Part shown: piece by piece, positions 18,205-33,056 of the stretch
Position numbering within the stretch: the first letter of the stretch is position 1
How the letters are laid out: each line of letters starts with the position of its first letter
From: a virus
Lineage: Duplodnaviria > Heunggongvirae > Uroviricota > Caudoviricetes
Reading direction: 5' to 3' (one strand)
Length of the DNA: 51,664 nucleotides
IMG/VR virus record: IMGVR_UViG_2585427970_000003
Notes under the pieces: generated by a model
Told to the model about the DNA's origin: nothing
What the model saw: only the letters and a program-made list of their open reading frames with translations
Database searches by the model: none
Made by a program: the position numbers and the translations under genes

Positions 18205-18423
18205 AGGCTTTTCCTGTATAAATGGCCGTATACAGTACACTAAATATGAAAACATTTCTCGTATTATTATTTTATATATGACTTTCTTTCAAAATAATTA
18301 CCCACATTTTTAATGTGTATGTTTTTTTAGCGCCGTTGAGAACAACGTGTGCTGTCAAAACTACCCCGTAGACTCCGATCTTTTCAAACATATTGCACCA
18401 TCCGTGTACATCGGGGTGAGGAT

Positions 18424-18639
18424 ATGAAATCAATGGATAAGTTAACAACAGGTGTTGCCTATGGCACATCGGCGGGTAATGCTGGTTTCTGGGCATTGCA
18501 GTTACTCGATAAAGTAACTCCGTCACAGTGGGCTGCAATCGGTGTGCTGGGTAGCCTGGTTTTTGGCCTGCTGACGTATCTGACAAATCTTTATTTCAAG
18601 ATTAAAGAAGACAGGCGTAAGGCTGCGAGAGGAGAGTAA
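18424..18639 (+). CDS. essQ: Class II holin (phage-21 S-type pinholin, dual start Met1/Met4)
   Basis: [71 protein letters not shown]; ATG at 18424 and 18433. Confidence 0.8.
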   Translation: MKSMDKLTTGVAYGTSAGNAGFWALQLLDKVTPSQWAAIGVLGSLVFGLLTYLTNLYFKIKEDRRKAARGE

Positions 18640-18643
18640 TCCA

Positions 18644-18951
18644 ATGACTCAAGACTATGAACTGGTTGTGAAAGGAGTCCGTAATTTTGAGAATAAAGTT
18701 ACGGTAACTGTAGCCTTACAGGACAAAGAACGCTTTGACGGTGAAATTTTTGACCTGGATGTCGCCATGGACCGTGTTGAAGGAGCTGCGCTGGAGTTTT
18801 ATGAGGCAGCAGCCAGAAGGAGCGTCCGGCAAGTCTTCCTGGAAGTAGCAGAAAAATTGTCAGAAAAAGTTGAGTCTTATCTGCAGCATCAGTACTCCTT
18901 TAAGATTGAAAATCCTGCCAATAAGCACGAGCGTCCTCATCATAAATATCT

Positions 18952-18955
<4 letters not shown>
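18644..18955 (+). CDS. ydfR: YdfR (103 aa)
   Basis: Length and position between holin and endolysin match Qin ydfR. Confidence 0.6.
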
Positions 18956-19979
<1,024 letters not shown>

Positions 19980-20341
19980 GGTAATATTAAATCGGAACAT
20001 TTACATCGCGGAATGTAAAATTTAAATAAAAAGGACTCTTCCATGAGCCAAAATTCCTGAAATCTTAAGGGTAAGATAAAAGGTCTTAATCAGAATGACA
20101 CGTTTTATTAATAAATAAAGCTATTCTTTCATTGCTGTGTTTTTCTTTACAAAAGTAATCCTTGCTATGGGTGGTTAATCATGCGTTAATGGTGTTCTGG
20201 TTTGTTACAAATTTATCTGAAGCAGTCATTGTTATAATTTTATTATTTGTACCTCTTGAGATTTCCTTGTTGGTTTTTCTCTCTGATATTTTTTTTCGGA
20301 CCATTCTGCCCAAGGGCTAATTTCTTCAAAAGGTAATAATT

Positions 20342-20554
20342 ATGTCTAACAAAATGACTGGTTTAGTGAAATGGTTTAACCCTGAAAAAGGTTTTGGTTT
20401 CATCACGCCGAAAGATGGCAGCAAAGATGTGTTTGTCCATTTCTCAGCAATTCAGAGCAACGATTTCAAAACATTAACTGAGAATCAGGAAGTTGAATTT
20501 GGTATTGAGAACGGACCTAAAGGTCCTGCCGCTGTTCATGTAGTGGCGCTTTGA
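20342..20554 (+). CDS. cspI: Cold shock protein CspI
   Basis: 70 aa [70 protein letters not shown]. Confidence 0.9.
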   Translation: MSNKMTGLVKWFNPEKGFGFITPKDGSKDVFVHFSAIQSNDFKTLTENQEVEFGIENGPKGPAAVHVVAL

Positions 20555-20760
20555 GGTAGACAATATTACAAACCATATTCACTTTAGATGCCCGTGTTGT
20601 CATGGTTCCCAGTATAGAACATCATCTTTTGATGTTTCTGACATGAATCCTTTCGGGGCAAAATGTATCTTTTGTAAATCAATGATGATTACATTTGATA
20701 ATATTTCACAATACTTAAATGCCAGCCGTCTGTCGTTGGATTTAAAAAAGTGAAAATGAA

Positions 20761-20782
20761 GGCTCCTTCGGGAGCTTTTTTG
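20761..20782 (+). terminator. Intrinsic terminator
   Basis: GGCTCC-TTCG-GGAGC hairpin followed by TTTTTTG. Confidence 0.55.
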
Positions 20783-20825
20783 CTTGGTGTCTATTCGATG
20801 GATACTCACATACTACGGTAACATC

Positions 20826-21056
20826 ATGAAAAAAATCATAGTTTTTTTTAACTCTGAACCAGCAGTGGTAGTGCCAGCGATGACTGGAGTTAACACCATC
20901 ATGCGTGAATATCCAAATGGCGAAAAAACACACCTTACTGTAATGGCCGCAGGGTTTCCATCTCTGACCGGAGATCATAAAGTCATTTATGTAGCCGCGG
21001 ATCGACATGTTACTTCAGAAGAAATTCTGGAAGCAGCAATAAGGCTCTTGAGTTGA
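20826..21056 (+). CDS. Hypothetical small protein (76 aa)
   Basis: ATG at 20826 (MKKIIVFFNSEP...); ORF track extends upstream to 20784. Confidence 0.4.
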   Translation: MKKIIVFFNSEPAVVVPAMTGVNTIMREYPNGEKTHLTVMAAGFPSLTGDHKVIYVAADRHVTSEEILEAAIRLLS

Positions 21057-21225
21057 TTTGATGCTATTGCATTGATAATTCAGGAAAATTCTCTTTGTCT
21101 GTTTGTGTAAAATTTAGACTATCGTATGTTGATTATTGCGATGTTTCATCTTATCTTTTACACGTTTGCACCATATAATCGACTTACTGTGTAACTGGAA
21201 AGTCATAACAGACTAAAAGAGGAAA

Positions 21226-21402
21226 TGATGAATATTGAAAACTTAAAAACAAAAGCAGAAGCAGATATTTCTGAATATATAACAAAAAAAATTATTGAAC
21301 TTAAGAAAAAGACCGGGAAAGAAGTTACCAGTATTCAGTTTACCGCACGGGAAAAAATGACGGGTCTTGAAAGCTATGATGTCAAGATTAATTTAATCTG
21401 AT
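21226..21402 (+). CDS. gnsB: GnsA/GnsB-family protein (58 aa)
   Basis: Manual translation MMNIENLKTKAEADISEYITKKIIELKKKTGKEVTSIQFTAREKMTGLESYDVKINLI; AAGAGGAA SD upstream. Confidence 0.7.
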
Positions 21403-21552
21403 GTATTCAATAATAAAATTTATCCATAAACCTCGTTTTTACGGGGTTTTGTTATATTTGAATGGTTCCGAATATCTAAATCACAATTGTTGATGGTTTT
21501 TATTAAACCAATGCAGTCCGGCTCAGGAGTGAGAGAAGCCGGACGTTATGGT

Positions 21553-21963
21553 TTAGCGTGGTAAGATCTGTGTAGTTTTCTGGATGCTTTCAGTAAATAG
21601 TAATGAATTATCAAAGGTATAGTAATATCTTTTTTGTTCGTGGATATTTGTAACCCACCGAAAAACTCCTGCTTTAGCAAGGTTTCTTCTGTATTCCTGA
21701 AATGTGATCTCTCTGGATTTCAGCTTATTAGAGGTCGTTTCTATAAGATGCCTATCCTTTGAAAATTTGACAGACACAATGTTTTTTAGGCCCTTTAATA
21801 ACACTGTATTATCATTTTTTAATACAATATGAACATTCTCTGTGGCTAAATAGTAAATGTAATGTGAGACATTGTGACGTTTTAGCTCAGAATAAAACCA
21901 TTGATAGTTTAAATCGTTTCGAACTTTATCAAATATTTGTTTAAAAATGACTACCTGATCCAT
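21553..21963 (-). CDS. ydfO: YdfO (DUF1398-type)
   Basis: 136 aa from [35 protein letters not shown]...; ORF extends to 21978. Confidence 0.65.
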
Positions 21964-22020
21964 AGATAAACCTTCCATGTGATATGAGGGGGCGTAGTCT
22001 GCACGATTATCTAAATTGCT

Positions 22021-22254
22021 TCAATCTGGTCTGACCTGTTTTCTGAGCAATTCAGTAATGTCACTCTTTTCTTTGTTTGCTTCAGAAGAAACTCTTTTTT
22101 CTGAGCACAGTCTCCGGCGGCAGGCTTCAATGACCCAGGCTGAGAAATTCCCGGACCCTTTTTGCTCAAGAGCGATGTTAATTTGTTCAATCATTTGGTT
22201 AGGAAAGCGGATGTTGCGGGTTGTTGTTCTGCGGGTTCTGTTCTTCGTTGACAT
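22021..22254 (-). CDS. ynfO: YnfO-like small protein (77 aa)
   Basis: MSTKNRTRRTTTRNIRFPNQMIEQINIALEQKGSGNFSAWVIEACRRRL...; sits just upstream of cos. Confidence 0.55.
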   Translation of the reverse strand: MSTKNRTRRTTTRNIRFPNQMIEQINIALEQKGSGNFSAWVIEACRRRLCSEKRVSSEANKEKSDITELLRKQVRPD

Positions 22255-22453
22255 GAGGTTGCCCCGTATTCAGTGTCGCTGATTTGTATTGTCTGAAGTT
22301 GTTTTTACGTTAAGTTGATGCAGATCAATTAATACGATACCTGCGTCATAATTGATTATTTGACGTGGTTTGATGGCCTCCACGCACGTTGTGATATGTA
22401 GATGATAATCATTATCACTTTACGGGTCCTTTCCGGTGATCCGACAGGTTACG

Positions 22454-22465
22454 GGGCGGCGACCT
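22454..22465 (+). other. cosN cohesive-end sequence within a lambda-type cos site
   Basis: GGGCGGCGACCT followed by CGCGGGTTTTCGCTATTTATGAAAATTTTCCGGTTTAAGG..., matching the lambda left end as recalled; Nu1 starts 178 nt downstream. Confidence 0.85.
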
Positions 22466-22642
22466 CGCGGGTTTTCGCTATTTATGAAAATTTTCCGGTT
22501 TAAGGCATTTCCGTTCTTCTTCGTCGTAACTTAATGTTTTTATTTAAAATACCCCCTGAAAAGAAAGGAAACGACAGGTGCTGAAAACGAGCTTTTGGGC
22601 CTCTGTCGTTTCCTTTCTCTGTTTTTGGCCGTGGAATGAACA

Positions 22643-23162
22643 ATGGAAGTCAACAAAAAGCAGCTGGCTGACATTTTCGGTGCGAGTATCCGTACCATTC
22701 AGAACTGGCAGGAACAGGGAATGCCCGTTCTGCGAGGCGGTGGCAAGGGTAATGAGGTGCTTTATGACTCTGCCGCCGTTATAAGATGGTATGCCGAAAG
22801 GGATGCTGAAATTGAGAACGAAAAGCTGCGCCGGGAAGTTGAAGAACTGCGGCAGGCCAGCGAGACAGATCTCCAGCCAGGGACTATTGAGTACGAACGC
22901 CATCGACTTACGCGTGCGCAGGCCGACGCACAGGAGCTGAAAAATGCCAGAGACTCCGCTGAAGTGGTGGAAACCGCATTCTGTACTTTCGTGCTGTCGC
23001 GGATCGCAGGTGAAATTGCCAGTATTCTCGACGGGATCCCCCTGTCGGTGCAGCGGCGTTTTCCGGAACTGGAAAACCGACATGTTGATTTCCTGAAACG
23101 GGATATCATCAAAGCCATGAACAAAGCAGCCGCGCTGGATGAACTGATACCGGGGTTGCTGA

Positions 23163-23188
<26 letters not shown>
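22643..23188 (+). CDS. nu1: Terminase small subunit Nu1
   Basis: MEVNKKQLADIFGASIRTIQNWQEQGMPVLRGGGKGNEVLYDSAAVIRWYAERDAE..., near-identical to lambda Nu1 as recalled. Confidence 0.9.
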
Positions 23189-26869
<3,681 letters not shown>

Positions 26870-26889
<20 letters not shown>

Positions 26890-28189
26890 TCTCCCGCATA
26901 TTGCCAGCATGGCCTTTAATGAGCCGCTGATGCTTGAACCCGCCTATGCGCGGGTTTTCTTTTGTGCGCTTGCAGGCCAGCTTGGGATCAGCCGCCTGAC
27001 GGATGCGGTGTCCGGTGACAGCCTGACTGCCGGAGAGGCACCCGCGACGCTGGCGTTATCCGGTGATGATGACGGACCACGACAGGCCCGCAGTTATCAG
27101 GTCATGAACGGCATCGCCGTGCTGCCGGTGTCCGGCACGCTGGTCAGCCGGACGCGGGCGCTGCAGCCGTATTCGGGAATGACCGGTTACAACGGCATTA
27201 TCGCCCGTCTGCAACAGGCTGCCAGGGACCCGATGGTGGACGGCATTCTGCTCGATATGGACACGCCCGGCGGAATGGTGGCAGGGGCATTTGACTGCGC
27301 TGACATCATCGCCCGTGTGCGTGACATAAAGCCGGTATGGGCTCTGGCCAATGACATGAACTGCAGTGCAGGGCAGTTGCTTGCCAGCGCCGCCTCCCGG
27401 CGTCTGGTCACGCAGACCGCCCGGACAGGCTCCATCGGCGTCATGATGGCTCACAGTAATTACGGTGCTGCGCTGGAGAAACAGGGCGTGGAAATCACGC
27501 TGATTTACAGCGGCAGCCATAAGGTGGATGGCAACCCCTACAGCCATCTTCCGGATGACGTCCGGGAGACACTGCAGTCCCGGATGGATGCAACCCGCCA
27601 GATGTTTGCGCAGAAGGTGTCGGCATATACCGGCCTGTCCGTGCAGGCTGTGCTGGATACCGAGGCTGCAGTGTACAGCGGTCAGGAGGCCATTGATGCC
27701 GGACTGGCTGATGAACTTGTCAACAGCACCGATGCGATCACCGTTATGCGTGATGCACTGGATGCACGTAAATCCCGTCTCTCAGGAGGGCGAATGACCA
27801 AAGAGACTCAATCAACAACTGTTTCAGCCACTGCTTCGCAGGCTGACGTTACTGACGTGGTGCCAGCGACGGAGGGCGAAAACGCCAGCGCGGCGCAGCC
27901 GGACGTGAACGCGCAGATCACCGCTGCGGTTGCGGCAGAAAACAGCCGCATTATGGGGATCCTCAACTGTGAGGAGGCTCACGGACGCGAAGAACAGGCC
28001 CGCGTGCTGGCAGAAACCCCCGGTATGACCGTGGAAACGGCCCGCCGCATTCTGGCAGCTGCACCACAGAGTGCACAGGCGCGCAGTGACACTGCGCTGG
28101 ATCGTCTGATGCAGGGGGCACCGGCACCGCTGGCTGCAGGTAACCCGGCATCTGATGCCGTTAACGATTTGCTGAACACACCAGTGTAA
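26870..28189 (+). CDS. C: Head protease / minor capsid protein C
   Basis: GTG start at 26870 (MTAELRNLPHIASMAFNEP...), overlapping the end of B; 439 aa. Confidence 0.8.
27584..28189 (+). CDS. nu3: Scaffold protein Nu3 (in-frame internal start within C)
   Basis: Internal ATG at 27584 (MDATRQMFAQKVS...) in the C frame, as in lambda. Confidence 0.6.
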   Translation: MDATRQMFAQKVSAYTGLSVQAVLDTEAAVYSGQEAIDAGLADELVNSTDAITVMRDALDARKSRLSGGRMTKETQSTTVSATASQADVTDVVPATEGENASAAQPDVNAQITAAVAAENSRIMGILNCEEAHGREEQARVLAETPGMTVETARRILAAAPQSAQARSDTALDRLMQGAPAPLAAGNPASDAVNDLLNTPV

Positions 28190-28198
28190 GGGATGTTT

Positions 28199-28531
28199 AT
28201 GACGAGCAAAGAAACCTTTACCCATTACCAGCCGCTGGGCAACAGTGACCCGGCACATACGGCAACCGCGCCCGGCGGATTGAGTGCGAAAGCGCCTGCA
28301 ATGACCCCGCTGATGCTGGATACCTCCACCCGTAAGCTGGTTGCGTGGGATGGCACCACCGACGGTGCTGCCGTTGGCATTCTGGCGGTTGATGCTGACC
28401 AGACCAGCACCACGCTGACGTTCTACAAGTCCGGCACGTTCCGTTATGAGGATGTGCTCTGGCCGGAGGCTGCCAGCGACGAGACGAAAAAACGGACCGC
28501 GTTTGCCGGAACGGCAATCAGCATCGTTTAA
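28199..28531 (+). CDS. D: Head decoration protein D
   Basis: [52 protein letters not shown]... Confidence 0.9.
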   Translation: MTSKETFTHYQPLGNSDPAHTATAPGGLSAKAPAMTPLMLDTSTRKLVAWDGTTDGAAVGILAVDADQTSTTLTFYKSGTFRYEDVLWPEAASDETKKRTAFAGTAISIV

Positions 28532-28586
28532 CTTTACCCTTCATCACTAAAGGCCGCCTGTGCGGCTTTTTTTACGGGATTTTTTT

Positions 28587-29612
28587 ATGTCGATGTACAC
28601 AACCGCCCAGCTGCTGGCGGCAAATGAGCAGAAATTTAAGTTTGATCCGCTGTTTCTGCGTCTCTTTTTCCGTGAGAGCTATCCCTTCACTACGGAGAAA
28701 GTCTATCTCTCACAAATTCCGGGACTGGTAAACATGGCGCTGTACGTTTCGCCGATTGTTTCCGGTGAGGTTATCCGTTCCCGTGGCGGCTCCACCTCTG
28801 AATTTACGCCGGGATATGTCAAACCCAAGCATGAAGTGAATCCGCAGATAACCCTGCGTCGCCTGCCGGATGAAGATCCGCAGAATCTGGCGGACCCGGC
28901 TTACCGCCGCCGTCGCATCATCCTGCAGAACATGCGTGACGAAGAGCTGGCCATTGCTCAGGTCGAAGAGATGCAGGCAGTTTCTGCCGTGCTCAAGGGC
29001 AAATACACCATGACCGGTGAAGCCTTCGATCCGGTTGAGGTGGATATGGGCCGCAGTGTGGCGAACAACATCACGCAGTCCGGCGGCACGGAGTGGAGCA
29101 AGCGTGACAAGTCCACGTATGACCCGACCGACGATATCGAAGCCTACGCGCTGAACGCCAGCGGCGTGGTGAATATCATCGTGTTTGATCCGAAAGGCTG
29201 GGCGCTGTTCCGTTCCTTCAAAGCCGTCAAGGAGAAGCTGGATACCCGTCGCGGCTCTCATTCCGAGCTGGAGACAGCGGTGAAAGACCTGGGTAAAGCG
29301 GTGTCCTATAAGGGGATGTATGGCGATGTGGCCATCGTCGTGTATTCCGGACAGTACGTGGAAAACGGCGTCAAAAAGAACTTCCTGCCGGACAACACGA
29401 TGGTGCTGGGTAACACTCATGCACGCGGTCTGCGCACCTATGGCTGTATTCAGGATGCGGATGCATTGAGTGAGGGTATTAATGCGTCTCCCCGTTATCC
29501 GAAAAACTGGAAGACATCCGGCGATCCGGCGCGAGAGTTCACCATGATTCAGTCAGCACCGCTGATGCTGCTGGCTGATCCTGATGAGTTCGTGTCCGTT
29601 CAACTGGCGTAA
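28587..29612 (+). CDS. E: Major capsid protein E
   Basis: MSMYTTAQLLAANEQKFKFDPLFLRLFFRESYPFTTEKVYLSQIPGLVNMALYVSPIVSGEV... Confidence 0.9.
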   Translation: MSMYTTAQLLAANEQKFKFDPLFLRLFFRESYPFTTEKVYLSQIPGLVNMALYVSPIVSGEVIRSRGGSTSEFTPGYVKPKHEVNPQITLRRLPDEDPQNLADPAYRRRRIILQNMRDEELAIAQVEEMQAVSAVLKGKYTMTGEAFDPVEVDMGRSVANNITQSGGTEWSKRDKSTYDPTDDIEAYALNASGVVNIIVFDPKGWALFRSFKAVKEKLDTRRGSHSELETAVKDLGKAVSYKGMYGDVAIVVYSGQYVENGVKKNFLPDNTMVLGNTHARGLRTYGCIQDADALSEGINASPRYPKNWKTSGDPAREFTMIQSAPLMLLADPDEFVSVQLA

Positions 29613-29653
29613 TCATGGCCCTTCGGGGCCATTTTCTCTCTGTGGAGGAGTCC

Positions 29654-30049
29654 ATGACGAAAGATGAACTGATTGCCCGTCTTCAGGTGCTGGGTGAGCA
29701 ACTGAACCGTGATGTCAGCCTGACGGGGACGAAAGAAGAACTGGCACTCCGTGTGGCAGAGCTGGAAGAGGAGCTTGATGACACGGATGACGCTGCCGGT
29801 CAGGACACATCTGTCAGCCCGGAAAATGCGCTGACCGGACATGAAAATGAGGTGGTATCAGCGCAGCCGGATACCGTGACTGATACGGCTGATCTGGTCA
29901 CGGTTGTGGCACTGGTGACGCTGCATACTGATGCACTTCACGCCACGCGGGATGAGGCTGTGGCATTTGTGCTGCCGGGAACGACGTTCCGTGTCTCTGC
30001 CGGTGTGGCAGCTGAAATGACAGAGCGCGGCCTGGCCAGAATGCAATAA
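29654..30049 (+). CDS. FI: DNA packaging protein FI
   Basis: MTKDELIARLQVLGEQLNRDVSLTGTKEELALRVAELEEELDD... Confidence 0.85.
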   Translation: MTKDELIARLQVLGEQLNRDVSLTGTKEELALRVAELEEELDDTDDAAGQDTSVSPENALTGHENEVVSAQPDTVTDTADLVTVVALVTLHTDALHATRDEAVAFVLPGTTFRVSAGVAAEMTERGLARMQ

Positions 30050-30060
30050 CGGGAGGCGCT

Positions 30061-30414
30061 GTGGCTGATTTCGATAACCTGTTCGATGCTGCCATTGCCC
30101 GCGCCGATGAAACGATACGCGGGTACATGGGAACGTCAGCCACCATGACATCCGGTGAGCAGTCCGGCGCAGTAATACGTGGTGTTTTTGATGATCCTGA
30201 AAATATCAGCTATGCCGGACAGGGCGTACGCGTTGAAGGCTCCAGCCCGTCCCTGTTTGTCCGGACTGATGATGTGCGGCAGCTGCGGCGCGGCGACACG
30301 CTGACCATCGGTGAGGAAAACTTCTGGATAGACCGGATTTCGCCGGATGATGGCGGAAGCTGTCATCTCTGGCTTGGGCGGGGCGTACCGCCTGCCGTTA
30401 ACCGTCGCCGCTGA
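30061..30414 (+). CDS. FII: Head-tail connector FII
   Basis: 117 aa MADFDNLFDAAIARADETIRGYMGTSATMTSGEQSGAVIRGVFDDPENISYAGQG... Confidence 0.85.
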   Translation: MADFDNLFDAAIARADETIRGYMGTSATMTSGEQSGAVIRGVFDDPENISYAGQGVRVEGSSPSLFVRTDDVRQLRRGDTLTIGEENFWIDRISPDDGGSCHLWLGRGVPPAVNRRR

Positions 30415-30425
30415 AAGGGGGATGT

Positions 30426-31004
30426 ATGGCCATAAAAGGTCTTGAGCAGGCCGTTGAAAACCTCAGCCGTATCAGCAGAACGGCGGTGCCCGGTGCCGCC
30501 GCAATGGCCATTAACCGCGTTGCTTCATCCGCGATATCGCAGTCGGCGTCACAGGTTGCCCGTGAGACAAAGGTACGCCGGAAACTGGTAAAGGAAAGGG
30601 CCTGGCTGAAAAGGGCCACGGTCAAAAATCCGCAGGCCAGAATCAGGGTTAACCGGGGGGATTTGCCCGTAATAAAGCTGGGTAACGCGCGGATTGTCCT
30701 GTCCCGACGCAGGCGTCGTAAAAAGGGGCAGCGTTCAGCCCTGAAAGGTGGCGGCAGCGTGCTTGTGGTGGGAAACCGTCGTATTCCCGGCGCGTTTATT
30801 CAGCAACTGAAAAATGGCCGCTGGCATGTCATGCAGCGTGTGGCCGGGAAAAACCGTTACCCCATTGATGTGGTGAAAATCCCGATGGCGGTGCCGCTGA
30901 CCACGGCGTTTAAACAGAATATTGAGCGGATACGGCGTGAGCGTCTTCCGAAAGAGCTGGGCTATGCGCTGCAGCATCAACTGAGAATGGTAATAAAGCG
31001 ATGA
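30426..31004 (+). CDS. Z: Tail terminator / completion protein Z
   Basis: 192 aa, lambda gpZ-like. Confidence 0.85.
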   Translation: MAIKGLEQAVENLSRISRTAVPGAAAMAINRVASSAISQSASQVARETKVRRKLVKERAWLKRATVKNPQARIRVNRGDLPVIKLGNARIVLSRRRRRKKGQRSALKGGGSVLVVGNRRIPGAFIQQLKNGRWHVMQRVAGKNRYPIDVVKIPMAVPLTTAFKQNIERIRRERLPKELGYALQHQLRMVIKR

Positions 31005-31396
31005 AACATACTGAACTCCGTGCAGCCGTACTGGATGCACTGGAGAAGCATGACACCGGGGCGACGCTTTTTGATGGTCGCCCCGCTGTTTTTGATGAGG
31101 CGGATTTTCCGGCAATTGCCGTTTATCTCACCGGCGCTGAATACACGGGCGAAGAGCTGGACAGTGATACCTGGCAGGCGGAGCTGCATATCGAAGTTTT
31201 CCTGCCTGCTCAGGTGCCGGATTCAGAGCTGGATTCGTGGATGGAGTCCCGGATTTATCCGGTGATGAGCGATATCCCGGCACTGTCAGATTTGATCACC
31301 AGTATGGTGGCCAGTGGCTATGACTACCGGCGCGACGATGATGCGGGCCTGTGGAGTTCTGCCGATCTGACGTATGTCATTACCTATGAAATGTGA
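31001..31396 (+). CDS. U: Tail terminator U
   Basis: 131 aa [52 protein letters not shown]... Confidence 0.85.
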   Translation: MKHTELRAAVLDALEKHDTGATLFDGRPAVFDEADFPAIAVYLTGAEYTGEELDSDTWQAELHIEVFLPAQVPDSELDSWMESRIYPVMSDIPALSDLITSMVASGYDYRRDDDAGLWSSADLTYVITYEM

Positions 31397-31403
31397 GGAC
31401 GAT

Positions 31404-32144
31404 ATGCCTGTACCAAATCCAGCAATACCGGTGAAAGGTGCCGGAACCACCCTGTGGGTTTATAACGGGAGCGGCGACCCTTATGCGAACCCGCTTTCAG
31501 ACGTTGACTGGTCGCGTCTGGCAAAAGTTAAAGACCTGACGCCCGGCGAACTGACCGCTGAGTCCTATGACGACAGTTATCTCGATGATGAAGATGCGGA
31601 CTGGACCGCGACCGGGCAGGGGCAGAAATCCGCCGGAGATACCAGCTTCACGCTGGCGTGGATGCCCGGAGAGCAGGGGCAGCAGGCGCTGCTGGCGTGG
31701 TTTAATGAAGGTGATACCCGTGCCTATAAAATCCGCTTCCCGAACGGCACGGTCGATGTGTTCCGTGGCTGGGTCAGCAGTATCGGTAAGGCGGTGACGG
31801 CGAAGGAAGTGATCACCCGTACGGTGAAGGTCACCAATGTGGGCCGTCCGTCAATGGCAGAAGATCGCAGTACGGTGACGGCGGCAACCGGTATGACCGT
31901 GACGCCTGCCAGCTCCTCGGTGGTGAAAGGGCAGAGCACCACGCTGACCGTGGCATTCCAGCCGGAGGGCGCAACTGACAAGAGCTTCCGTGCGGTGTCA
32001 GCGGATAAAACAAAAGCCACCGTGTCGGTCAGTGGTATGACCATCACCGTGAAAGGCGTTGCTGCAGGTAAGGTCAACATTCCGGTTGTATCCGGTAATG
32101 GTGAACTTGCTGCGGTTGCAGAAATCACTGTCACCGACAGTTAA
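31404..32144 (+). CDS. V: Major tail protein V
   Basis: [57 protein letters not shown]...; C-terminal Ig-like domain. Confidence 0.9.
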   Translation: MPVPNPAIPVKGAGTTLWVYNGSGDPYANPLSDVDWSRLAKVKDLTPGELTAESYDDSYLDDEDADWTATGQGQKSAGDTSFTLAWMPGEQGQQALLAWFNEGDTRAYKIRFPNGTVDVFRGWVSSIGKAVTAKEVITRTVKVTNVGRPSMAEDRSTVTAATGMTVTPASSSVVKGQSTTLTVAFQPEGATDKSFRAVSADKTKATVSVSGMTITVKGVAAGKVNIPVVSGNGELAAVAEITVTDS

Positions 32145-32159
32145 TCCGGAGAGTCAGCG

Positions 32160-32582
32160 ATGTTCCTGAAAACCGAATCATTTGAACATAACGGCGTGAC
32201 CGTCACGCTTTCTGAACTGTCAGCCCTGCAGCGTATTGAGCATCTCGCCCTGATGAAACGGCAGGCAGAACAGGCGGAGTCAGACAGCAACCGGAAGTTT
32301 ACTGTGGAAGACGCCATCAGAACCGGTGCTTTTGTGGTAGCGATGTCCCTGTGGCATAACCATCCGCAGAAGACAAAGCAGCCTTCCATGAATGAAGCCG
32401 TTAAACAGATTGAGCAGGAAGTGCTTACCACCTGGCCTACAGAGGCAATTTCTCATGCTGAAAACGTGGTGTACCGGCTGTCCGGTATGTCTGAGTTTGT
32501 GGTGAATGATGCCCCTGAACAGGCAGAGGACGCCGGGCCAGCAGAGCCTGTTTCTGCGGGAAAGTGTTCGACGGTGAGCTGA
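32160..32582 (+). CDS. G: Tail assembly chaperone G
   Basis: 140 aa, lambda gpG-like; slippery heptamer G GGA AAG at 32558..32564 near its 3' end. Confidence 0.85.
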   Translation: MFLKTESFEHNGVTVTLSELSALQRIEHLALMKRQAEQAESDSNRKFTVEDAIRTGAFVVAMSLWHNHPQKTKQPSMNEAVKQIEQEVLTTWPTEAISHAENVVYRLSGMSEFVVNDAPEQAEDAGPAEPVSAGKCSTVS

Positions 32583-33022
32583 GTTTTGCCCTGAAACTGG
32601 CGCGCGAGATGGGGCGACCCGACTGGCGTGCCATGCTTGCCGGGATGTCATCCACGGAGTATGCCGACTGGCACCGCTTTTACAGTACCCATTATTTTCA
32701 TGATGTTCTGCTGGATATGCACTTTTCCGGGCTGACGTACACCGTGCTCAGCCTGTTTTTCAGCGATCCGGATATGCATCCGCTGGATTTCAGTCTGCTG
32801 AACCGGCGCGAGGCTGACGAAGAGCCTGAAGATGATGTGCTGATGCAGAAAGCGGCAGGACTTGCCGGAGGCGTTCGTTTTGGCCCGGACGGGAATGAAG
32901 TTATCCCCGCTTCCCCGGATGTGGCGGACATGACGGAGGATGACGTAATGCTGATGACAGTATCAGAAGGGATCGCAGGAGGAGTCCGGTATGGCTTAAC
33001 CGGTAGGCGATCTGGTCGTTGA
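32564..33022 (+). CDS. T: T segment of the G-T -1 frameshift fusion, C-terminally extended by 8 codons
   Basis: -1 frame continues from the slippery site (GKVFDGELSFALKLAREMGRPDW...); the lambda TGA stop position reads TTA (32996..32998), so the frame runs on to 33022. Confidence 0.75.
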   Translation: MFDGELSFALKLAREMGRPDWRAMLAGMSSTEYADWHRFYSTHYFHDVLLDMHFSGLTYTVLSLFFSDPDMHPLDFSLLNRREADEEPEDDVLMQKAAGLAGGVRFGPDGNEVIPASPDVADMTEDDVMLMTVSEGIAGGVRYGLTGRRSGR

Positions 33023-33056
33023 TTTAAGTCTGGATGCGGCCAGATTTGACGAGCAG

